Below are positions 17,928 through 25,689 of a stretch of DNA of 32,000 bases, in pieces (within the stretch, counting starts at the first letter, position 1; each line of letters begins with the position of its first letter). The DNA comes from Synechocystis sp. PCC 6803 substr. PCC-P (GTDB lineage: Bacteria > Cyanobacteriota > Cyanobacteriia > Cyanobacteriales > Microcystaceae), in NCBI RefSeq assembly GCF_000284455.1, contig NC_017039.1:2790001-2822000 (forward strand), read 5' to 3'. The notes under the pieces were generated by a model that searched no databases, was not told where the DNA came from, and worked only from the letters and a program-made list of their open reading frames with translations. A program made the position numbers and the translations under genes.

Positions 17928-19421
17928 ATGGAGTCGGCCACCATGTCTTTTCCCATCAGCAAGACCTACTTTTTGGCAGGGTTGCACTGTCCAAAACGTC
18001 TATGGTTGTCTATCTGCCGTCCCGAAGATGCTTCCCCCATGTCCTTGGCCGCTGAACAAAGAATTAAACAAGGCAAGGCGATCGGAGTGGCGGCCCGGGA
18101 ATCTTTTAAAAATGGCATATTGGTGGACGGAAATCTTAAACATTGCCTAGAGAAAAGTTGGGAATTGACGGTGGTGGGGGCAGGGCAAGGAGTGGAATGT
18201 TTATTTGAACCGGCTTTTTTGTACGACGATATTTTGGTGCGCTGTGATGTATTGCGGCGCTTACCTTCAGGAAATTGGGAAATTATTGAAGTAAAATCCG
18301 CCACTAAGTTAAAAGACGAACACATTGCCGACTTGACCTTGCAACATTACGTGTTGGAGGGGTTGGGGTTAACGGTGGAAAAAACGAGCCTCATGGTGGT
18401 CAATCCCATGGCCAGGAATTGGAGTGTGGTGCAGGATAGATTTTGTTATCAGGATGTAACGGCGGCGGTGGTGCGTTGGCGTGGGCAGTTACCCCAAAAA
18501 CTGGCAGAATTCCGCACATTGTTGACGGAACCGACCGCTCCCCAAGTGCCCATTGGCAGCCATTGCGATCGCCCTTACCGTTGTCCGTTTAAAGATCATT
18601 GCTGGCAGAATGTGCCGCCGATTTCCATTTTTGACATTCCTTTGTTGAAGCAGGATAAATTGCAAAATTTGATGAATTCTAATATCTGGAATCTGGAGGA
18701 TATTCCGGCGGAGTTTCCCTTGACCCAAAAGCAAAGAACATTCATTGACCGGATGACGGCAGCAAAACCCCAAATAGACCAGGATTTATTGAGGCAATTG
18801 TTGGGGCAGATTCAACCCAATCAGCCTTTGTACTTTTTTGATGTGGAAACCCACAGTAGTGCCATTCCCCGTTTTGCCGGTCTGCACCCCTACGAACGCT
18901 GTATTTTTCAGTACAGTTGCCACCGCCTTAATCCCGACGGTTCCCTGGAACACTTTGAATATTTACACACGGAGGATTCCGATCCCCGACTCCCCCTACT
19001 TATTTCCCTAATACACCACATTGGCGATCGGGGGTCAGTGGTGGTTTATAACCAGTCCTTTGAAAAGGGAGTATTACAACAGTTGGCAGCGGCCTATCCC
19101 AACTATGGGGCCAAAATTAATCAGATTATCGATCGCCTCTGGGATTTACAGGTAATCTTTAAAAGGGCGTATTTCCATCCTGGTTTCCGGGGTTCCTATT
19201 CCCTCAAAAAAGTTCTGCCGGTGATGGCCCCCCAATTTTGCCACGACGACTTGGTCATCAAGTCCGGCAATGAAGCCCCTCTAGTGTGGGAAGCACTGCT
19301 GGAATGTTCCGCGCCGGATAAAAGGGCAGAAATGGCCCAACAACTACGGGAGTATTGTGGTTTAGATACCCTGGGTATGGTGAAAATTTATGAGGTTTTG
19401 CAACAGGAATTAAAAGATTGA
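17928..19421 (+). CDS. Uncharacterised two-nuclease-domain protein (DUF2779-type): N-terminal Cas4/RecB-like PD-(D/E)xK domain plus C-terminal DnaQ/RNase H-like domain
   Basis: D107..E121-V-K123 (RCDVL..WEIIEVKS). Four Cys at C21, C213, C219, C225 (HCDRPYRCPFKDHC). C-terminal FFDVET (DxE), VVYNQSFEKGVL and YCGLDTLGM motifs. Confidence 0.7.
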   Translation: MESATMSFPISKTYFLAGLHCPKRLWLSICRPEDASPMSLAAEQRIKQGKAIGVAARESFKNGILVDGNLKHCLEKSWELTVVGAGQGVECLFEPAFLYDDILVRCDVLRRLPSGNWEIIEVKSATKLKDEHIADLTLQHYVLEGLGLTVEKTSLMVVNPMARNWSVVQDRFCYQDVTAAVVRWRGQLPQKLAEFRTLLTEPTAPQVPIGSHCDRPYRCPFKDHCWQNVPPISIFDIPLLKQDKLQNLMNSNIWNLEDIPAEFPLTQKQRTFIDRMTAAKPQIDQDLLRQLLGQIQPNQPLYFFDVETHSSAIPRFAGLHPYERCIFQYSCHRLNPDGSLEHFEYLHTEDSDPRLPLLISLIHHIGDRGSVVVYNQSFEKGVLQQLAAAYPNYGAKINQIIDRLWDLQVIFKRAYFHPGFRGSYSLKKVLPVMAPQFCHDDLVIKSGNEAPLVWEALLECSAPDKRAEMAQQLREYCGLDTLGMVKIYEVLQQELKD

Positions 19422-19455
19422 CCAGGACTAACAAGGATCGATTGCCATGGATAAT

Positions 19456-20118
19456 CTAGTCGCTCTCCCCATCCTCTTTACCCTGACTTTGGTGATGGTC
19501 ATCGAATAGGATCAGGGTTTCCGCTGCCTGACGGGGAGAATCAGTGTCTTTTCTCAATGAGGCTGGGATTATGGGGGGGAGATTTTCTCCTTTTTCGTTT
19601 GACAAAAGTTCATAGGTTTCTTTTGCTTGGGCTTCCACCAACTCAGGCGATCGCCATCGGGGAGTTTTCAATGGGGAAACTGGAGAAATTGGCAATTGGG
19701 GAACAGGCAAAACCAGGGCCGCCGAAGGAGTATCTTCCTGAGCTTCACGGACAATATTTTTAACAAAAAAGTTAATTGTTTCTTCCTTTAACCAACCCTT
19801 GAGCACCGCCACCGAACCGAAGCGGACCCCCAACCGTCGTTGTTCCCGCAAAATACGTTCGATCTGGTCTTCATCCAAAAGATGGGCCATCTTCAGATAG
19901 TAGCCAATGGGACCTTGCACTGGCTGACCAACCATTGCAGGCCAAAGATCAACAAAAAAGTCCGCCGTTTCCTGGGAAATCCAGCCATGGTGAGAAAGAA
20001 TCTCCCCCAACAACATCTGGAATTGCTTTTGTTCGTACAAAGCCACCTCCAATTGCCCAGGGGTAATTAGTTTTGCTTCCTGAAGAATAATACCGATGGG
20101 CTTTTGGCTGCTGACCAT
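19456..20118 (-). CDS. Protein with tandem GspE-N/MshEN-like repeats and a Pro/acidic disordered tail
   Basis: Four copies of the G-x2-L-x4-(L/W)(I/L)-x4-hydrophobic repeat: PIGIILQEAKLITPGQLEVALYEQ, LLGEILSHHGWISQETADFF, PIGYYLKMAHLLDEDQIERILREQ, RFGSVAVLKGWLKEETINFF. Confidence 0.6.
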   Translation of the reverse strand: MVSSQKPIGIILQEAKLITPGQLEVALYEQKQFQMLLGEILSHHGWISQETADFFVDLWPAMVGQPVQGPIGYYLKMAHLLDEDQIERILREQRRLGVRFGSVAVLKGWLKEETINFFVKNIVREAQEDTPSAALVLPVPQLPISPVSPLKTPRWRSPELVEAQAKETYELLSNEKGENLPPIIPASLRKDTDSPRQAAETLILFDDHHQSQGKEDGESD

Positions 20119-20212
20119 GGTGAACGGGGGAGGAAAAGGGTCCAGAATCGGACAGAATAGACTCTGAATGAAGGAAAAAAGACGTAATTAGGCGTAATTG
20201 AACCCTAGTAAT

Positions 20213-20548
20213 CTAACCACCACTAATTTTAGCCTTGTAGCCCTGCTTTAACAAATAAGCAAGAATTTTCTCCCGTTGATCCCCCTGGATTTCCACGCAG
20301 TCTTCTTTCAAGGTGCCCCCACTGCCACAAAAACTTTTCAGGGCCTTGAGTAGAGCTTGCTGTCCCATGGCCGATAATTGCAAACCACTCACTACCGTCA
20401 CCGTTTTTCCTTTGCGGCCAGAACGAGTTGCTTGGATGCGGACATTTTGCTGTTGGGGGGGAAGATCAATTTGCTCCTCCGATAGGGGGTCTGCCACCGG
20501 ACCAAATTCTTGATAAACAATGCGAGCTGGAGGTTTGGAACTGGCCAT
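20213..20548 (-). CDS. SUI1/YciH-family translation initiation factor
   Basis: RSGRKGKTVTVVSGL...LKALKSFCGSGGTLKEDCVEIQGDQREKILAYLLKQGY is the typical SUI1 fold signature. Confidence 0.9.
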   Translation of the reverse strand: MASSKPPARIVYQEFGPVADPLSEEQIDLPPQQQNVRIQATRSGRKGKTVTVVSGLQLSAMGQQALLKALKSFCGSGGTLKEDCVEIQGDQREKILAYLLKQGYKAKISGG

Positions 20549-20741
20549 AGGACTGGAAAAAAATATTGGGCAACGCTAACAAGTAGGGAGTGATTGAGGA
20601 ATTAGCGTCCGATCGCCGGGGTAAAATAGTACACATTACGCCTACTAATGAGATTACCAGATTCAACGCTGTTAGTGGGAGAGCTTATTTGTAAAGTTTT
20701 GATCTATGGCATGTTGGTAGAATCTTGAGGGCACTTTAGTT

Positions 20742-21422
20742 TTACTGAGATTTTAAATAGACATCAGGCTTTTCCCGCTTGAGCAAAAACAAACTGAGGG
20801 TTAACCAGATAAAGCCCACTCCGTAACCAGCCAAAATATCTGTTGCCCAATGAACCCGACAATACATACTGGCAATGCCAATGAAGCCGACCCAAAGGGT
20901 GGCACCAAGATAAATTTGCCAACGGTATTGGGGAAAATGGGCCGCCAACAAAAAAGCTAAGTAGAAGTAAAACACCACTCCGCCCGCCGCATGGCCACTA
21001 GGAAAACTACGCCCATCCACATCCACTAAACGGGGTAAAGGTCGAGTACGGTTAAAAAAGGGCTTCAACACTTGGTCAATTACCAAAAGAATGCCCAGGG
21101 TGGCAAAAACTAGATATTTAATCTCCGACCAATAGCGTTTCCAAGCTAAAAAACCTAGGGTGATGGCAATCATCGTGGCGGTCAATTCCACCCCCGTACC
21201 TTTATAGACTTTGATCCAAAAAGGGGCCATGGCCTCGGGAATTACCTTATGGAGGAAATCTAAAAAGGCAATGTCAAAGGCGATTTCCTTTAAATCGTTC
21301 ACTTCCTTAAAATTGTGGCCTAGGGCGATTAATAATCCAACGATCGCCAAGCAGCAGAAAAAGGGAACCCGACCGACAATGGTTAACCAGGGAGGTAAAG
21401 AAGTATGGGCCGAAGACTTCAT
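20742..21422 (-). CDS. PAP2-family membrane phosphatase
   Basis: Acid-phosphatase motifs KPFFNRTRP, PSGH and SMYCRVHWATD. The start is uncertain: ATG at 21422 or 21464, or a TTG at 21485 that overlaps the holA stop. Confidence 0.85.
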   Translation of the reverse strand: MKSSAHTSLPPWLTIVGRVPFFCCLAIVGLLIALGHNFKEVNDLKEIAFDIAFLDFLHKVIPEAMAPFWIKVYKGTGVELTATMIAITLGFLAWKRYWSEIKYLVFATLGILLVIDQVLKPFFNRTRPLPRLVDVDGRSFPSGHAAGGVVFYFYLAFLLAAHFPQYRWQIYLGATLWVGFIGIASMYCRVHWATDILAGYGVGFIWLTLSLFLLKREKPDVYLKSQ

Positions 21423-21481
21423 TGGCAAGGTGTAAGAATTGACAATTTTTAAGCATAGGGCCATTTGTCGACCGACGGAGA

Positions 21482-22483
21482 TCAACGGCGACGGTGTATG
21501 GGCTGGAATAATGATGATAGTTCAATCACCTTAGTTTGTAGGCTCGAACAGGGGTCCGCTCCTCGCTTTAGTTGATATTCCAATTCCAACAACAGGGGTA
21601 AGGTTTTGAGCAATTGCCCGCCGGTAATGCCCCGCAATTCCTTCTTTAAAAAATACAAACGTTTGGGATTACTGAGATCGGCCTGGGCGGCGATCGCTTT
21701 GTCATCTTTTTCCCCTGCCTCCAAAGCAAGCTTGATCAATGTCCAAGTACGAAACTGGCCGGTGAGGGTAGCCAATATTTTTAAAGCCGGTTCGTTGTGG
21801 GTCAGCAATAAGTCTGCCACCAATTGCAATGCCTGGGGGGTTTCTCCATCCCGGATCGCCTGGGCTAATTGCAAACTATTTTGGGTGCTGGTATTGACCA
21901 ACTGTTCTACCTGGGCCACCGTTAAGGGGCCCGTTTGACTCTCGCTATAGAGTTTGAGCTTGCCCAACTCATTCCAAATTAGCCTCGTGTCATTACCCAA
22001 CGCTTCTGCCAAAAAACCTTCCGTTTCCGTTGCTAAGGGAAGTTGCAGATCCTGGGCGATCGCCTGAATTTGATGGATGAGAGCGTCCACATTCCAGGGT
22101 GAAATGAGGGCAAATTCCCGGATAGTGGCATTACCTTCCAAATATTTGGTCGATTTCAGTCGGCGATCGAGCTTTTTACTGGATGTGAATAGTAAATGGC
22201 AGTCGGTGGGAATGGCGGGCAAACTTTTTTGCAACCTAGCCAGCAAACCATCGTCGCAACTTTGTCCTAAGGTGGAGTCCACCACCCACACCAGGCGATC
22301 GCCACTACCAAAAGGGGGTGTCAAGGCTTGCTCCAGACCCCGTTGGGTAGCATCAGCTTGTTCCCCCGGAATTTTTTCAAAATTAAAGGCCTCCCATTGG
22401 GGATCTAAACAACGTTTCTGCAGTTGTTTGACTGCTTGGTGCAGGGTAAATTGGTCTTCGCCCCAATAGAAATATACGGGCAT
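21482..22483 (-). CDS. holA: DNA polymerase III delta subunit
   Basis: N-terminal VYFYWGEDQFTL..., about 330 aa, with the helical C-terminal domain typical of HolA. Confidence 0.75.
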   Translation of the reverse strand: MPVYFYWGEDQFTLHQAVKQLQKRCLDPQWEAFNFEKIPGEQADATQRGLEQALTPPFGSGDRLVWVVDSTLGQSCDDGLLARLQKSLPAIPTDCHLLFTSSKKLDRRLKSTKYLEGNATIREFALISPWNVDALIHQIQAIAQDLQLPLATETEGFLAEALGNDTRLIWNELGKLKLYSESQTGPLTVAQVEQLVNTSTQNSLQLAQAIRDGETPQALQLVADLLLTHNEPALKILATLTGQFRTWTLIKLALEAGEKDDKAIAAQADLSNPKRLYFLKKELRGITGGQLLKTLPLLLELEYQLKRGADPCSSLQTKVIELSSLFQPIHRRR

Positions 22484-22557
22484 AGCAACACCGGGGGATT
22501 TTCATGTAGCTTCCCTTAAGCTTAGGCCAGGGGGCGTTTCACACAAACTTTTAACGA

Positions 22558-22752
22558 CTAACGACCTTTGAGAGCTTTTTGAAAGTTTTTGCGATAGGAG
22601 GGATTGACCAGGAGCAGTCCAGGCCATAGCAATGCCAGGGAGATGCGGGTTGCTAAGCTACGATTAAAATTGGTGTGGCGATAGCCAGAAAGAAAACGCC
22701 AGACCCCGCCGACGTAGACCACCAAAAGAACAAACGAAACTAAATATCCCAT
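22558..22752 (-). CDS. Small membrane protein (64 aa), unknown function
   Basis: An ATG at 22752 opens MGYLVSFVLLVVYVGGVW, followed by a second hydrophobic segment ISLALLWPGLLLV. The track ORF starts at an upstream TTG. Confidence 0.45.
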   Translation of the reverse strand: MGYLVSFVLLVVYVGGVWRFLSGYRHTNFNRSLATRISLALLWPGLLLVNPSYRKNFQKALKGR

Positions 22753-22950
22753 AGTGCTTGAGACGCCGAGAGTGGAAACTGTGCTCAAAGGCGGTTACTG
22801 GGTTCATTTTAGCAAATTACCCACCAGGACACAGCATCCGACAAGGTGATTGCCTTTTAAATAGTTCAAAAGTTTTGTTAATTATCAATTTTGGTTGTGG
22901 ATATTTTGGCACAACTTTTGTCGGAACTATTCATAAAAAGTTACTTATCC

Positions 22951-23337
22951 ATGTCTAATAAGGTAATAAAAAAACAAACATTGACTATTTCTTGGTTAAC
23001 ACTTAGTCAAGTTTTGGGGGGAATAACTATGGTGTTGGCCCAATCCATTCCCCCGCGCTTCCAAGGCACATGGGTAGAAAATTTAAAAAACTGTGCTCTA
23101 CCCATGGACGACACTAGATTAGTTCTATCAGATGGTTGGGTCGATTTCCATGAGTCGAGGGGAAAAATAACTGCCGTAACAGTGGATGATGAGCTAAATC
23201 TTCGTGTGACTGCTAAATTAGCGGGAGAAGGAGAAACTTGGAAAGATACCTTTCATTTTCGCCTTTCCGAGAATCATCAAAAATTAACTAGCATTCACGA
23301 AGATGGCATCAGTTTTACCCGTCACCGATGCCCATAA
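22951..23337 (+). CDS. Hypothetical secreted protein (128 aa), low-GC
   Basis: ATG at 22951 and a signal-like LTISWLTLSQVLGGITMVLAQS. No family recognised. Confidence 0.45.
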   Translation: MSNKVIKKQTLTISWLTLSQVLGGITMVLAQSIPPRFQGTWVENLKNCALPMDDTRLVLSDGWVDFHESRGKITAVTVDDELNLRVTAKLAGEGETWKDTFHFRLSENHQKLTSIHEDGISFTRHRCP

Positions 23338-23394
23338 ATCATTAGGATTAACACAATAAACACCTTTAATGTTTAATGTAGTTGGATTTTAAAA

Positions 23395-23841
23395 CTACGG
23401 TGCCAACCAAGAGAAGGGTGCAAAGGGAATATTTCTGGCCACCCAATAAGCTAAAATCGCCTGTAGTATGAACCAGATTACCTTGGGGGGAACAAACCAA
23501 ACTAATAAAGTCCGCCCATTAATAGTTTTTAAGCCATAGGCAACGTAGGAATAAATCATAAATGGGAGGGAAATCATCATCAAAGGATTTAGGCCAAAAG
23601 CTCCCACTAAGTTGCCATGCAATAATTGATGCAACGCCCGTAAAGTGCCGCAACCGGGGCAGTACAGCCCAGTTAAACTGCGAAAGGGGCTGGGGGGAAA
23701 TAATTTCGATGAAGCAGGATCAAACAGGAACAGAAGAGTGCCAGCAACGACAATGGTTAGGGTTACCAAAGTGAATACTAAATATTCCTTGGCCTTAGCG
23801 GATAGTAATGGAGATGGGGAATAATTTTTCAAACTAAACAT
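23395..23841 (-). CDS. DUF2752-family membrane protein
   Basis: SPFRSLTGLYCPGCGTLRALHQLLHGNLVGAFGLNPL is the family hallmark (CPxCGxTRA), flanked by hydrophobic helices. Confidence 0.8.
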   Translation of the reverse strand: MFSLKNYSPSPLLSAKAKEYLVFTLVTLTIVVAGTLLFLFDPASSKLFPPSPFRSLTGLYCPGCGTLRALHQLLHGNLVGAFGLNPLMMISLPFMIYSYVAYGLKTINGRTLLVWFVPPKVIWFILQAILAYWVARNIPFAPFSWLAP

Positions 23842-23893
23842 GGTATTCGTTAATGAATGGTGAACAAGGCAAAGTCAAAAAATGTAACTTTAA

Positions 23894-24148
23894 TTACTGA
23901 CCAAAGACGGCGGCAATAACCACTAGCACAAAATAGATGGCAATGAAAATTATGCCGGCACCAAAGGACCACCAACAAAACTTTTTCGCTTCCTTGGAAG
24001 CCTTTACAGCGCCTTCATAGTCCCCTGAAGCTAAACGAGAATTAACTTCCGATGCTTTGATAATGGCCACAATACCCAGGGGTAAGCAACAAAATAGAGT
24101 TACCAGGATCGATTGCGCCAAGTAATTTGGTACATACTGATTTGTCAT
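23894..24148 (-). CDS. CD225/dispanin-family membrane protein (IFITM-like fold), 84 aa
   Basis: NYLAQSILVTLFCCLPLGIVAIIKASEVNSRLASGDYEGAVKASKEAKKF, then a second TM segment. This is the canonical bacterial CD225 pattern. Confidence 0.85.
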   Translation of the reverse strand: MTNQYVPNYLAQSILVTLFCCLPLGIVAIIKASEVNSRLASGDYEGAVKASKEAKKFCWWSFGAGIIFIAIYFVLVVIAAVFGQ

Positions 24149-24470
24149 AAAACAAACTCATTTCTGAGTAGACTGGAATATACCAGCCAGGATAGACAGA
24201 AATTATCTTAATGGTTCATTTTGTTGCGTTTTCTTCACAATTTGATCTTGCTTATTTGTTAGTTTCAGAGCACTATTAATAACAATAGGGGAATGAAGAG
24301 CGCCAAAAACAAGTAATTGTGTTTTTAAAGAAAAACTTGCGATCATGATTTTTATGAAATACAAAGCTGAACAATTTATCAGCTCTTCTGAATTTAGTCC
24401 TAGTTTCGCCAAGCTTTCAGAACACGGCAAAAACTCTTTGTCATGCAAAATAGTCAGAAATTACTATGTG

Positions 24471-24788
24471 ATGGCTTCTACAAACTTAACTTCTATTCGT
24501 GAGTCTCTTAGGAGATGTCGCGATGAGAGTGGACAGCCACTTAGCTTAAGCCCTAGCGAATTAAAACCATCAAGTTATCGGCTGGAGTTTGAACTAGTAG
24601 CACTAATTGCTTCAAATTTGACACAGATGCCAGATTTAGAGAATTTTATCAAAGATGATAAAGAAACTACTAATGAAGATAAATTAATTTTGTTGACTGC
24701 TTATCAAGGTTTCAAAAATAAAGTTGATGGATTGTTTAAATTATTTGGTTGGCCATGCTTTGGATTTAAACAAGAAAAAGAAACTTAA
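24471..24788 (+). CDS. Orphan hypothetical protein (105 aa) in very AT-rich DNA
   Basis: ATG at 24471 (MASTNLTSIRESL...). No family, no SD, and about 25-35 percent GC locally. The track ORF from 24345 overlaps an opposite-strand ORF. Confidence 0.35.
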   Translation: MASTNLTSIRESLRRCRDESGQPLSLSPSELKPSSYRLEFELVALIASNLTQMPDLENFIKDDKETTNEDKLILLTAYQGFKNKVDGLFKLFGWPCFGFKQEKET

Positions 24789-24818
24789 AAAATCTTATAT
24801 TTTTTATTGTTTAAATTG

Positions 24819-25281
24819 TCACCAATTTTTGTAGGGATGTTGGGCTAAATTGACGTTGTAATAGCGGGCATCATCCGTTACCTCTTCCCCGATCCAGGGA
24901 AGTAGACTTATTTTTTCACCAGTGTAGGTTAATTCCACTTCCGCTAAAATTAGACCCTGGTTATCCCCCAAAAACTCGTCTACTTCTCAGGTTTTACCAT
25001 GGTAATCGAGGCAATAACGATATTTTCAATCAGGGGCGGTGAACAGAGTTCTGTCAAAATTTAATTGGCTTCCACTGCAAGAATTTCATACTCAAATCCA
25101 AGCGGGCAATGCTGGCATTTTTACCCTTAATGGTGAGATAGGCCCGATCGCCAATGGTACGGACTCGCAGCGTAGTTAAATCTGGGGTGGCAATGTAACC
25201 TTGACGGTACAAATAACCCTGGACTAAACTCCGCCAGCGGTCATCTTTAACCAGGAATTTATGTTCAATCTCGATGGCCAC
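24819..25281 (-). pseudogene. CYTH-domain (CyaB/thiamine-triphosphatase-like) gene disrupted by two frameshifts and two in-frame stops
   Basis: The N-terminus is intact: (V)AIEIEHKFLV with the ExExK signature, then RVRTIGDRAYLTIKG. The reading then needs a shift near 25100 to continue GFEYEILAVEAN. A TAA lies at 25061-25063, followed by ILTELCSPPLIE. A second shift near 25020 gives YRYCLDYHGKT. A TGA at 24987-24989 sits where Trp is expected, followed by EVDEFLGDNQGLILAEVEL...PWIGEEVTDDARYYNVNLAQHPYKNW and the stop. Confidence 0.75.
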
Positions 25282-25289
25282 AACCTCCG

Positions 25290-25625
25290 CCCCCCGATGT
25301 TGCAAGTTTTATTTGATGATTACCGGTAAGCTCAACAATCCGATAGGTTTCCATTGTCCTATACATTTCTGGGCAAACGAGTGGGCTTTCATCTGTATTC
25401 TTCCATGGCCCACAAAATTTTGAAGGCCACCACTGACAGGATTGGTGTTGGGGGGCATCAACCCATTCTTTTCGCCGGACTACGTTAACCATAATGTGTC
25501 GGAAGGGAATGAATCTCCGGGTTATTCAAAAAATTAGTGGTCACAAGAATTTGAATGTGTTGTCCCACTATCTGGCGGCTTCTGAACAGGAGAAGGAGCA
25601 AGCTTTATCAATGATCTTGTTTTAA
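25290..25625 (+). pseudogene. Tyrosine recombinase (phage-integrase family) remnant: 5'-truncated, one nonsense codon, one frameshift
   Basis: The C-terminal catalytic region reads ..AHKILKATTDRIGVGG, shifts frame in the G-run at 25450-25455, and continues ASTHSFRRTTLTIMCRKGMNLRVIQKISGHKNLNVLSHYL... to the stop at 25623-25625. It retains HxxR, the GH His and the catalytic Tyr. A TAA lies at 25327-25329. No N-terminal half is present. Confidence 0.7.
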
Positions 25626-25689
25626 AATTGATTGATATGATGATGGCTTCGTAAGTACTAATATCGAACAAATCAACCTATTTCTTTCC

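Noticed and set aside
22886-22895. CAATTTTGGT near the left edge of the island resembling CAGTTTTGGT at 27080-27089 near the right edge (possible att-like direct repeats)
   Set aside because: It is only 10 nt with one mismatch in AT-rich DNA, so it is expected by chance. No longer flanking identity could be seen by eye.
24203-24448. 81-aa minus-strand ORF just upstream of the CD225 gene (a possible third operon member)
   Set aside because: It starts at a TTG, with the first in-frame ATG 34 codons in. It lies in ~30 percent GC DNA, where stop-free stretches are less informative. It overlaps the track version of the opposite-strand ORF and no family is recognised. It is worth re-checking only if transcript data show a long leader.
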